Positions 49,263 to 58,014 of a stretch of 64,000 bases of DNA are shown here, one piece after another. The notes beneath the pieces are model-generated. The model was not told where the DNA came from. It made no database searches and worked only from the letters and a program-made list of their open reading frames with translations. This DNA is from Myxococcota bacterium (GTDB taxonomy: Bacteria; UBA10199; JACPAL01; GCA-016699445), in the NCBI GenBank assembly GCA_052033505.1, contig JBPOJN010000042.1, forward strand, positions 12,301 through 76,300, read 5' to 3'. Each line of letters starts with the position of its first letter. Position 1 is the stretch's first letter. The position numbers were made by a program, and so were the translations under genes.

Positions 49263-49551
49263 TCATCCCAATCGAACCCCAAACTTTCCCAATCCCCAGA
49301 CATAGACAAGATAAGCCAGCACCATGACCACCGACGAAGACACCATCGCCCACCCAAACCCCCATCCCATCTTAAGAACCAGCGGCAACATGATGAAGAA
49401 AAGCAGCGAAGGCAGAATGGCCCAGAAAATCCCGTTGGAAAGATCCACGATCTTCGCCGTGTCTTATAAAGCCAGAGAATCGCTTTCCCAGTTCTGAAAC
49501 TCCCGTGATCACCATCGCAGAGATCAATATCTTCACGAAAAAATAAACCAT
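49263..49551 (-). pseudogene. small membrane protein with DUF3147-like N-terminus, apparent frameshift
   Basis: The ATG at 49551 has a GGGGGAAG RBS and reads 'MVYFFVKILISAMVITGVSELGKRFSGF'. The hydrophobic continuation 'NGIFWAILPSLLFFIMLPL...' lies in another frame (ORF 49263..49448). Confidence 0.3.
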
Positions 49552-49567
49552 ACTTCCCCCTTATGTC

Positions 49568-50818
49568 CTATTGTCCCAAAACCCCAAGCAGTTCCGACCT
49601 CACCACAAAGTAATCCTTCAGCGCCCGCGCATGATTTAACTTCTGATCCAAATATCTCTGCAAAGAAGAAAACATATCACGCGAGTTCCTTACGCCACGG
49701 TCGTATTCCTCCGACGAGAGAGAAAAATAAAGCCGCCCTTCGCTTAAATTCCTCTCCATCGCATGGGCCATGTCATGACGGATTTTAAGCTCGTGCTTCA
49801 GTTTTCGAAACGATCCTTCGACCTCCTCTTGTCTTTGCATCGCTTCCTGGCCAAAGGCCAAGGCTTCATGCTTCTCAAAACCCGCTTCCGACTTTCCATC
49901 CAACCCGTCGAAAATTTGGAACGTCACGCGCCCGCCCACCACGGCCTCGTCCCGCTCGCCGCGCGCAAAACGTTCCCTCTCGCGGAAAGGATAGAGGGCA
50001 TAGCCGCCGTAAGCGTCCACCGACGGAGACCACCAGCGGTTGGATTGTTTTTGGCGAAGTTTCGAAATGTTCTGGAGCGACTTCAACTCCTGGACCTCGG
50101 GATGGCTGTCGGTATTTACCTCGCTCCTCTGAAGATCGGGGTCGTGAAAATGGTTGAGCGTCCCTCGCACGTCCAAGGTCTCGCGCGGCCTTCCCAAAAC
50201 GATGCGCAACTCATCCACCGCATGCTCGTACTCTTCCTTTGCGAATGCCAATTCCTGCTCGAACGATCGCCGCGCCATCGCAAACTCCAAGCGGTCCGAT
50301 TCCGTCGCCAGTCCCGCCTCGATACGCTTTCCCACGAGACCGGATGAGTGCTGCGTCATTGCAATCGCGTCTTTCAGGCTCGCAACGCGGCTGCGATAAA
50401 ACAGAATTTCGGCGAAGAGAGTCCGCGCCCGCAATAACTCCCCGCGCGACCTTTGGTGAAAGGCCGATTCGGAGAGCGCCATGCGGTTTTTTCGGATCTT
50501 TTCTTCCAAATGATCGCGCCCGCCGCGGAAGAGATTGATCTTACCCTCGACTCCGCCCACGGGTTGAGCCATGCGTTCAAAGTCGCCCGTGCGGAATGCT
50601 TCACCGCCGCCGTAAGCCTGCACGCGCGGTAGGAAGGAGCGGGTCAAATGCCCCGTCCTCGATTTTTCCGCCGCCACTCTCTCTTGCGCGGCTTGCACGG
50701 GACGACTTTGCGAAGCGATGAAATCCGGCAAGTCCTCGAAGGTCACGACCGTCTTCGCCGAAGCCGTTGCGGAGAAGAATACAGAAGCGATGAGAATGAG
50801 AAGTTTAGGGTGTCCCAT
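49568..50818 (-). CDS. TolC/CzcC-family outer-membrane efflux protein
   Basis: Signal peptide. The two-repeat OEP-like helical pattern includes 'AAQERVAAEKSRTGHLTRSFLPRVQAYGG'. Confidence 0.7.
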   Translation of the reverse strand: MGHPKLLILIASVFFSATASAKTVVTFEDLPDFIASQSRPVQAAQERVAAEKSRTGHLTRSFLPRVQAYGGGEAFRTGDFERMAQPVGGVEGKINLFRGGRDHLEEKIRKNRMALSESAFHQRSRGELLRARTLFAEILFYRSRVASLKDAIAMTQHSSGLVGKRIEAGLATESDRLEFAMARRSFEQELAFAKEEYEHAVDELRIVLGRPRETLDVRGTLNHFHDPDLQRSEVNTDSHPEVQELKSLQNISKLRQKQSNRWWSPSVDAYGGYALYPFRERERFARGERDEAVVGGRVTFQIFDGLDGKSEAGFEKHEALAFGQEAMQRQEEVEGSFRKLKHELKIRHDMAHAMERNLSEGRLYFSLSSEEYDRGVRNSRDMFSSLQRYLDQKLNHARALKDYFVVRSELLGVLGQ

Positions 50819-50821
50819 GGA

Positions 50822-51274
50822 TCAATCCAGATTATCGAAGGCCGTGAGAAGCTTCTTGTCCTTCGAACGGAACGTCACGTCGATATTGTAGGGGCGTTTC
50901 GAGATCGCAGGCATTTTCCCGATAAAGGCTTTGCCATCGCTTAACAGATCAAAACTCTTGGATTCCTCCGTCTTGATAATGAATAAAGACGCTTCCGCCT
51001 TCTTCTCGAAATTATCCAACGCAAGCGGCTTCAAATCCGTATCGTACACATACACGCGCACGGTCCCGTCTTCGCTGCGAACGAGTTCGGCCTTGTGGAC
51101 GAGCGCCGCCTTTGCGCCTTTATCCGCTTCCTTATAATCCACGACCGCTGCAATCAGGCCGCCGTATCGTCCCGTATCCGCGAGTTTCGGTCCGTGTCCT
51201 TCGTCATGCGCCTGGGCCGCGTTTGCGTAGCAGAAAGCGGCGAGCAGCATCGCGATTAAGGTTTGTTTTTTCAT
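50822..51274 (-). CDS. periplasmic 150-aa protein, hypothetical (possible metal-binding accessory)
   Basis: Signal peptide ending 'AAQA', then 'HDEGHGPK' and a beta-rich body. ATGA overlap with the RND pump stop, and 3 nt from the OMP gene start. Confidence 0.55.
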   Translation of the reverse strand: MKKQTLIAMLLAAFCYANAAQAHDEGHGPKLADTGRYGGLIAAVVDYKEADKGAKAALVHKAELVRSEDGTVRVYVYDTDLKPLALDNFEKKAEASLFIIKTEESKSFDLLSDGKAFIGKMPAISKRPYNIDVTFRSKDKKLLTAFDNLD

Positions 51275-54200
51275 AACGTATCTCCTTGTGGGTTGAGGGT
51301 TGTTGAAGGTTTCGACTTCTCTAAAGATTTTCCGAATCGGTAAAAAACGGCGGGCGTGACCAAAATATCGAGCAAGGTCGAAGAAATCAGACCGCCGATA
51401 ATCACGACCGCGACGGGATAGAGGATTTCGCGGCCGGGTTCTCCGCGCGAGAGCGCCAAGGGGATCAAGGCTAATATCGCCGAGAGTGATGTCATCAAGA
51501 CCGGTACCAAGCGTTCCAAAGACCCGCGAATGATTGTCTCGATGTTGAACCCCTGTCCTTCTTCTCGCATGAGGTGAAGGTAGTGGCTAATGAGCATGAT
51601 GCCGTTACGCGACGCGATGCCGCAGAGAGTAATGAACGCGATCAGCGTCGCGATCGAAAACACGCGTTCGGTTATATAAATCGCGATCAAGCTTCCGATC
51701 AGCGCGAGAGGCACGTTCAACATGATCTGAAAAGTCACCGCCACGGACCGGAAGTGAAGGAAGAGGACCAAGAAAATCCCCGCCAAGGACAGAAACCCGA
51801 GAAGCGCGATCAATTTCGAAGCCTTCTGCTGGCTCTCGAACTGCCCGCCGTATTTCACGAAATATTTCTCAGGCATCGGGACTTTTTCGGTGATCGTTTT
51901 TTCGATGTCTTTGACCGCGCTTCCCAAATCGCGGCCACGCACATTTGCCGAGACGACGATGCGCCGAAGCCCATCCTCGCGCTGGATCAAGTTAGGTCCC
52001 GTGCTGGGATACAAATCCGCGACCTCTTTCAAGAGCACCGTTTGTCCGGAGGGCAACGTCTTGATCGGCGTGTTTTCGATGGTTTCTTCAGAAGCCCGCG
52101 ACGCGTCGTCGAGTCTCAAAAAAACATCGAACATTCTCTGCTGCTCCAAGACGCTCGCGGCTTCGACCCCGTTTAACGCCGTCTCCAAGTCCTCCGCCAA
52201 GAGTCCCGCGCCGATTCCTCGCTGGGAAGCAGCCTCCCGATTGATCGCAATCTTCATTTGAGGAATCAGAACCAAAGGCTCCGACTGAAGATCGACAAGA
52301 CCGGGTACACCTTCGAGCGCGGTCAACGTCTCGCCGGCCAAGCGTCGTAGTTCGGATAAGTCGGGACCGAAGATTTTGACCGCGATCTGCGCGCGCACAC
52401 CGGAAAGCAAGTGATCCAGGCGGTGACTGATGGGTTGTCCGAGATTGACTGCCACGTCGCCAATGCCGCCGATCTTATCGCGGATCTCTTGTAAGACGAT
52501 CTCATGGTCCCGTCCGCCCTCTTTGAAATCCACGTCGATCTCGTGCCAGTGCACGCCTTCCGCATGCTCGTCCATTTCCGCACGGCCCGTCCTTCGGATC
52601 GTGGATTTTACTTCGGGGATGGAAAGAAGCGCTTCTTCGGCCTTTTTTCCCAACGCATCGGAGGCCGCTAAAGAAATACCTGGTCCCGCCGCGACGCCAA
52701 TCGTCGCCGTGCCTTCATTAAAAGGCGGCAGAAAACTCGTTCCGATAAACGGGAAAGGGATCAAGACCGCAATCAAGAGCAAAGCCGCACCGCCTAAGAC
52801 CAAAACGGGCCTATGAATCGTGCGTTGCAGGAGGTTCCGAACGTGTTTTTTCAGAAATAAAACAATGCGCCCGTCGCCTTTTTCCAAAGCACGCGCCTTT
52901 GGCAGAAAATAGTAACTCAAGACCGGAGTGACCGTAATCGACACCAGAAGCGAGGCGGAAAGTGAAATAATGTAAGCGATGCCTAAAGGAGTAAAGAGTC
53001 TTCCTTCGATGCCGCTTAATGCAAACAAGGGGATAAAGACCAACACGACGATAACCGTCGAAAGCACAATCGAATTCCGGATCTCGGAAGATGCACGGTA
53101 AATCACCTGAAGAACGGATTGAGGATGCGGCGATTTTACGTTCTCTTTGAGCCTGCGGAAAATATTTTCCACATCCACTATCGCATCATCGACCAATTCT
53201 CCGACCGCGATCGCAAGCCCTCCCAAGGTCATGGTGTTCACGCTCAAACCCATCAGCTTAAAGACGATCGCGGTCGCAACGAACGAAAGCGGGATCGCGA
53301 TCAAGGTGATCGCCGTCGTCCGGAAGTTGACCAGGAACAAAAAGAGCACGATCGCGACCATGATCGCGCCGTCGCGCATGGCGGCTTCGACGTTGTGAAT
53401 CGACGTTTCGATGAAACGCGATTGCTTGAAAAGATCGCTTTCGATACGGATGTTCGCAGGCAAAACTTTTTGGAGGCTTTTAAGCTCGGCATCGATACGC
53501 TTGGTGAGTGCCACCGTATCCGCTCCGGGCTGTTTTTGGATCGTCATGACGACCGCGTGCTTCGCGTTGATGCTTCCTTCGCCCCTTTTATTTTTAGGCC
53601 CGATACGCACTTGCGCGATGTCTTTGACCAGGACAGGTTTCCCCAAGTGAAGGCCGACGTAAGAGTTTTCAATGTCTTCGACGGACGCTACGCGGCCCAG
53701 AGGCCGAATTAAAAATTCTTTCTCTCCTACATTAAGAAAGCCGCCCGTAGTGTTCTCGCTGATCTTTGAGAGGACGTGGCGCACTTCCTCTAAGGAGAGT
53801 CCGTGGAACTGCATCTTCTCGCTTGAGAGCAGAATTTGATACTGTTTGACCTCGCCGCCCATCACGACGACCTGGCTGACTCCCGAAATCGTCATGAGTC
53901 GGGGCCGCACGGTCCAATCCGCCAAAGTGCGCAAGTCCATTGGAGAGACCGCTGCATCTTCGCTTGTAAGTCCCACGAATTGGATCTCGCCCATGATCGA
54001 ACTCACCGGGGCGAGCGCGGGAATGACACCGTCAGGCAAGCGTCCAGCCAGGAGTTGAAGGCGTTCGGTTACGAGTTGGCGGTTCTTAAAAATATCCGTG
54101 CCCCACTCGAACTCGGCGTGCACGATCGCGATTCCGATCCCGCTGGAAGATCGCACGCGCGTGACTCCCGGCATTCCGCTCAACACCGATTCGACCGGGA

Positions 54201-54399
54201 TCGTGACCAACGTTTCTACCTCGTCCGGCGCGAGTCCGTGGGATTCGGTAAGCACGGTCACGACCGGACGGTTTAAGTCGGGAAATACATCGACCGGGAG
54301 ACGCGTCACGGTCCAGCCGCCGTAAATCAGCATCGCCGCCGCTGCGATAAGCACGGCCGCTCGATGGTTCAAGGCATACTTCAGTATGGAATTAATCAT
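51271..54399 (-). CDS. heavy-metal-efflux RND pump (CusA/CzcA family)
   Basis: 1042-aa 12-TM RND architecture. 'LGGLAIAVGELVDDAIVDVENIFRRLKEN' matches the HME-RND TM4 signature. Confidence 0.9.
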   Translation of the reverse strand: MINSILKYALNHRAAVLIAAAAMLIYGGWTVTRLPVDVFPDLNRPVVTVLTESHGLAPDEVETLVTIPVESVLSGMPGVTRVRSSSGIGIAIVHAEFEWGTDIFKNRQLVTERLQLLAGRLPDGVIPALAPVSSIMGEIQFVGLTSEDAAVSPMDLRTLADWTVRPRLMTISGVSQVVVMGGEVKQYQILLSSEKMQFHGLSLEEVRHVLSKISENTTGGFLNVGEKEFLIRPLGRVASVEDIENSYVGLHLGKPVLVKDIAQVRIGPKNKRGEGSINAKHAVVMTIQKQPGADTVALTKRIDAELKSLQKVLPANIRIESDLFKQSRFIETSIHNVEAAMRDGAIMVAIVLFLFLVNFRTTAITLIAIPLSFVATAIVFKLMGLSVNTMTLGGLAIAVGELVDDAIVDVENIFRRLKENVKSPHPQSVLQVIYRASSEIRNSIVLSTVIVVLVFIPLFALSGIEGRLFTPLGIAYIISLSASLLVSITVTPVLSYYFLPKARALEKGDGRIVLFLKKHVRNLLQRTIHRPVLVLGGAALLLIAVLIPFPFIGTSFLPPFNEGTATIGVAAGPGISLAASDALGKKAEEALLSIPEVKSTIRRTGRAEMDEHAEGVHWHEIDVDFKEGGRDHEIVLQEIRDKIGGIGDVAVNLGQPISHRLDHLLSGVRAQIAVKIFGPDLSELRRLAGETLTALEGVPGLVDLQSEPLVLIPQMKIAINREAASQRGIGAGLLAEDLETALNGVEAASVLEQQRMFDVFLRLDDASRASEETIENTPIKTLPSGQTVLLKEVADLYPSTGPNLIQREDGLRRIVVSANVRGRDLGSAVKDIEKTITEKVPMPEKYFVKYGGQFESQQKASKLIALLGFLSLAGIFLVLFLHFRSVAVTFQIMLNVPLALIGSLIAIYITERVFSIATLIAFITLCGIASRNGIMLISHYLHLMREEGQGFNIETIIRGSLERLVPVLMTSLSAILALIPLALSRGEPGREILYPVAVVIIGGLISSTLLDILVTPAVFYRFGKSLEKSKPSTTLNPQGDTL

Positions 54400-54482
54400 G
54401 GGTCGTCGGGAAAGAGATCGCTCTCTTCGTGCCCGCTCCGCGCAAAACTCATGCGCTTAGGTGAAGGACGTGACTTGAAAGC

Positions 54483-54923
54483 TTAACAAGCAGGCGGGGC
54501 TTTGCTGGGATTGGAACGGAAAAAAGCCCTTAACAATCCTCCCGGAGGGGAGGGGTCTTTCCAAGGGCTGGAAACGATTTGAGGTAACGGCTTTAAAAAA
54601 TACGAAACACTCAAGCGCAAGACTTGGGAGCGGGCTAAGTTTTCAAAATGAACCGAATTCGCGGATAAAATTGCCGTAGGCGCTTGTTCCCAGTGGTACT
54701 CGTGATGGTGATCGTTAACCGGCGTTTCTTTCGAAGAAGGCGTTACGTCGTAGTGATGATCGTCAAAATGAAAATGAGCGCCGGTCCGGGTCGCCTCGGC
54801 GTGATCGTGCGTGTGTAAAATTTTGTAGGCGTGAACGATTGCATGGATCGCGGCTTCGAAATGGGGAATGGAAACGATCGTAAAGAGGACAAGAAACGGA
54901 AAAAGGATCTTTCGGGAAAGCAT
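54483..54923 (-). CDS. His-rich membrane-anchored protein (putative metal-binding)
   Basis: After one N-terminal TM comes 'HAIVHAYKILHTHDHAEATRTGAHFHFDDHHYD...NDHHHEYHW'. I moved the start to the ATG at 54923. Confidence 0.5.
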   Translation of the reverse strand: MLSRKILFPFLVLFTIVSIPHFEAAIHAIVHAYKILHTHDHAEATRTGAHFHFDDHHYDVTPSSKETPVNDHHHEYHWEQAPTAILSANSVHFENLARSQVLRLSVSYFLKPLPQIVSSPWKDPSPPGGLLRAFFRSNPSKAPPAC

Positions 54924-54933
54924 TTTTGGAATG

Positions 54934-55200
54934 CTAATTGGATTTTTCGTTCGAGGCAACCTTTCTATGCCGTTGTTCCTCTGCAGGAGAAGGATCGAGG
55001 AAAGCAAACGCGACGCTTTTCCCGTCGACCTGCGCGTGCTCGATCAAGTACCTGACCTGATTCGCGACCTGCTCCATCAGAATGCAAAGATCCACTATGG
55101 TTTTCTCCTCCGCGTTCCGAGATTTCTTATGCAGCGACCAAAAGACCCCGGCCTCGCGAGTCTCTGGTCTACCGAGTGGTGCGAGCCCGCGAAACTGCAA
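54934..55200 (-). CDS. small ORF, paralog A of the 56899..57168 ORF (probably 5'-truncated by a repeat element)
   Basis: 'GVFWSLHKKSRNAEEKTIVDLCILMEQVANQVRYLIEHAQVDGKSVAFAFLD' aligns with 'GVFWALHSKPQSAEDQTIIDLCIMMEQVANQITYLIEHAKIDGKSVAFALID'. Its N-terminal codons are supplied by the IR element. Confidence 0.4.
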   Translation of the reverse strand: MQFRGLAPLGRPETREAGVFWSLHKKSRNAEEKTIVDLCILMEQVANQVRYLIEHAQVDGKSVAFAFLDPSPAEEQRHRKVASNEKSN

Positions 55201-55218
55201 AACCCGTGACGTCTGCCG
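55149..55218. repeat. inverted repeat, left copy (short form)
   Basis: 'GGCCTCGCGAGTCTCTGGTCTACCGAGTGGTGCGAGCCCGCGAAACTGCAAAACCCGTGACGTCTGCCGG' recurs as a reverse complement at 56325..56493. Confidence 0.85.
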
Positions 55219-55421
55219 GCTAGTATCCAGAAGAAGCTCTCTTGATAATCTTTTTTCGCTTTCAGGCCCACGGTACAGGTGCTGTTGCCGGGGACGAAGG
55301 TTTTGACTTGGATGTGGACGAATTTAGTGCCTTCGATATTGCTGCAGAGGATGTCGGTATTGGGGCAGTTGCCCAGAGTGACGACGGCGAAGTTCGCCAG
55401 CAACGAAGAATTGAGCGGCAT
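55210..55421 (-). pseudogene. fragment of a PD-(D/E)xK-like (DUF4365-type?) nuclease
   Basis: 'NTDILCSNIEGTKFVHIQVKT' has a D...E...QxK-like layout. The ORF then runs into the repeat element and loses coding character. Confidence 0.25.
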
Positions 55422-55782
55422 TGCCGCGATGGTTTTTGTTCTTTGAAGGGCTCTTGTTGACCACTACAGCACAAAGGCGGACACACTCCAAGCGAAGTCA
55501 AACCAAGAATAAATATTTCGGGGGCGACTGCGTCATTGGATTATTGCGAGGAATTTCCCCACGGTCGCGTCAAAAAATGATGTCTCAACTGTTTTTTAAG
55601 ATACGTTTTCCTGATCCGCTTTTCAGAAATTTTTCGCGGCCCTTGGCGTCGGATTCCTGCAGATACTAACAGGGCCGTAGTTTAGACGACAGTCCGAGAG
55701 GACTTTCGCTGCGGCCCTGTTGTGCAGGCAAGTCCAATGTGTAGCCTAAACTGGGGACTTGGCAGTAAGCTTCGTAATATAT

Positions 55783-55926
55783 CTAGTCGAAGGGAATGCG
55801 ATACGTGATGGAGGATGTCTTGCCAGAATTATGCTCCCCGAGTCGTCGGCGTAAGTCGGAAGTGTAGCCGGTATAGAGACTCGGCACCGCCACGAGGCCC
55901 GTAAAAAGAAAAAGCCCGTAGGGCAT
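55783..55926 (-). pseudogene. truncated GIY-YIG (YhbQ/UPF0213-like) nuclease fragment
   Basis: 'SLYTGYTSDLRRRLGEHNSGK' is the GIY-YIG family core. The ORF stops about 40 aa short of a complete domain. Confidence 0.45.
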
Positions 55927-56097
55927 CTTCTGCCTTACGGGCTTTTCGTGGCGTCCCCAACGGGAGTCGCCCTTCGCTAAAAGCAGGTCAATCACGCTCA
56001 GGGCGTCAGCTCTTTCCTGACGCTCGCCGGAAGTGGCTCGCTTCTCCTCCCTCATCGGTCGGCGGAAAGCGCTGTTCGACTCCCGCAGAGGCTGAAA

Positions 56098-56137
56098 TAA
56101 AAAAAGGACCCTGAAATCAGGATCCTTTTTTTATTTC
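56098..56137. terminator. bidirectional intrinsic terminator-like hairpin
   Basis: An A-run, then the GGACCCTGA/TCAGGATCC stem, then a T-run: 'AAAAAAAGGACCCTGAAATCAGGATCCTTTTTTT'. Confidence 0.6.
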
Positions 56138-56324
56138 AATCGTCCCCTCTGGGATCAATTGAGAACTTATTTCCAAGAAAACTTTTATAAAAAGACTGTG
56201 CCGGAACATCTATAGAAAAAATGGAAAATAGTTTGGGAAAAAAATTGGAATAGAATTTTTTCCGACAGAAATCAGTCCAACGCTCGGAACTTTAACTCCA
56301 ACGCAAAACCCGCGCCCTCTGCCT

Positions 56325-56493
56325 CCGGCAGACGTCACGGGTTTTGCAGTTCCGAGGTCGCTTCCCGCGACACGGCGCTCGCGGACGCTCGTGAAGGAAG
56401 CCAGTGGCAAGCCACGCGCCCCCGTACACGGGGTCACGCAGCTTGCAGTTTCGCGGGCTCGCACCACTCAGCAGACCAGAGACTCGCGAGGCC
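56325..56493. repeat. inverted repeat, right copy (long form with ~90-nt internal insert)
   Basis: Both ends are the reverse complement of 55149..55218. The extra segment lies between two copies of the 'AACTGCAA' junction. Confidence 0.85.
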
Positions 56494-56592
56494 CGCACCT
56501 CCTTAGCCCCGCCTTAAATCACTGTGCGGGCCGGGGTTTTACGTGGAATTGGGACGAATTATTCAATTTGATGGAGCAATTGAGGGAAGTAG

Positions 56593-56817
56593 CTAATCGA
56601 GATCTTTCAAGAGAGAGGATATTTTTACTCCGAAAGCCTTGGCAAGTCGAAGAGCCGTCGTAAGGCTGATAGGAAGACCTTGTTCGATTCTTTGGTAATG
56701 ACGTGTCGCAAATCCGTGCTGGATCATGTCTTCCTGAGTCCATTCCTTCTTAAGACGCAGCTCTCGGCAGCGAGAGCCTAACTTCTCAAAAAATTTATCG
56801 GATTCCGTCTTCTTCAT
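56593..56817 (-). CDS. XRE-family HTH transcriptional regulator
   Basis: 'LRLKKEWTQEDMIQHGFATRHYQRIEQGLPISLTTALRLAKAFG'. I moved the start to the ATG at 56817. Confidence 0.6.
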   Translation of the reverse strand: MKKTESDKFFEKLGSRCRELRLKKEWTQEDMIQHGFATRHYQRIEQGLPISLTTALRLAKAFGVKISSLLKDLD

Positions 56818-56898
56818 TTGAAAGCGACGGTAGATCCACACGTCTTTCCATACCACGACACAAAAGACGTATTTAAATCTTGAGTAAAATAGGCTTCG

Positions 56899-57168
56899 AT
56901 GCTAAAAACATCATCATCGATGATTTCAACATGCCGTGAACTTGAAGGTGCTTTGGAGGATATTTTGAGACCTGTGCGAGCGGTCGCAGGAGTCTTTTGG
57001 GCTCTCCATTCCAAGCCTCAGAGCGCTGAAGATCAGACTATCATTGATCTTTGCATAATGATGGAACAGGTCGCGAATCAGATTACGTATTTGATAGAGC
57101 ACGCCAAGATTGATGGAAAAAGTGTAGCGTTTGCTTTGATTGACCAAGATTCTGTGAACAGAAACTGA
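56899..57168 (+). CDS. small ORF, paralog B (89 aa), unknown function
   Basis: Shares about 50 aa of clear similarity with ORF 54934..55200. It ends 6 nt before the exonuclease gene. Confidence 0.45.
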   Translation: MLKTSSSMISTCRELEGALEDILRPVRAVAGVFWALHSKPQSAEDQTIIDLCIMMEQVANQITYLIEHAKIDGKSVAFALIDQDSVNRN

Positions 57169-57174
57169 TTTCCA

Positions 57175-57951
57175 ATGACACTCGCACTCACAAAACCTCT
57201 TGCCGTTTTCGACCTGGAAACCACCGGCATCACTCCGGCCACAGATCGCATTGTTTCGATTGGAATCGTAAGGCTTTCCCCTGACGGCCTGGCTGATCTT
57301 TCTAAAGAGTATCTTGTGAACCCGGGCATGCCCATTCCACCCGAAGCCTCCGCGGTTCATAAGATTACGGATGAAATGGTGAGAGATAAGCCGCTCTTCA
57401 AGGATATCGCCTCAGAGATCCTCGATGTGTTTGAAGGATGCGACTTGGCGGGATTCAATATTGAAAAATTCGATCTGCCTTTGCTCTCCCAGGAGTTCGT
57501 CCGGATTGGTATCCCAAATTTCGCATCAGGCCGCAGGATCGTCGATGCCATGGTGATTTTTCACAAGAATGAGCGTCGTGACCTGACAACGGCGGTTCGA
57601 TTCTACCTGGATCGCGATCACGCTAGGGCCCACAGCGCCCTGGCAGACGCGCAAGCGGCATCCGATATCTTATCCGCCCAAATCAAGCGTTACGGCCTTC
57701 CTTCCGCTGTTGAAGATCTCCATAAGTACTGTGCCACGCGTCCCGAGAATTCTATCGACTCCGAAGGCAAATTTGTCTGGAAGGACGGCAAGGCGGTCTT
57801 GTCCTTCGGGAAATGGAAGGGTTTATCGCTGGAAGATTGCATTACACAGAACAAAGACTATTTGGATTGGATTTTGAATAGTGATTTTCCGTCTGATTGT
57901 AAGGAGATTATCAGTCAGGCTCTGATGGGAAAGTTTCCCGAGCCATTGTGA
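57175..57951 (+). CDS. DEDDh 3'-5' exonuclease (DnaQ-like) with DUF3820-like C-terminal domain
   Basis: Exo I 'VFDLETTG', Exo II 'GFNIEKFDLPLL', Exo III 'HSALADAQA'. The C-terminal 'SFGKWKGLSLEDC...DYLDWIL' is DUF3820-like. Confidence 0.85.
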   Translation: MTLALTKPLAVFDLETTGITPATDRIVSIGIVRLSPDGLADLSKEYLVNPGMPIPPEASAVHKITDEMVRDKPLFKDIASEILDVFEGCDLAGFNIEKFDLPLLSQEFVRIGIPNFASGRRIVDAMVIFHKNERRDLTTAVRFYLDRDHARAHSALADAQAASDILSAQIKRYGLPSAVEDLHKYCATRPENSIDSEGKFVWKDGKAVLSFGKWKGLSLEDCITQNKDYLDWILNSDFPSDCKEIISQALMGKFPEPL

Positions 57952-58014
57952 CTGGTTTCCTTACGTTTCCAGACGTCTTAATGAGAGCTAGTTGATATAG
58001 TGTTGAACGTCCTC

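Noticed and set aside
55660-55725. Hairpin 'ACAGGGCCG...AGTCCGAGAGGACT...CGGCCCTGT' as a possible small structured RNA in the 360-bp gap.
   Set aside because: It is a single imperfect stem-loop with no recognisable family, promoter or terminator context. I noted it, but it is not supportable as an ncRNA gene.
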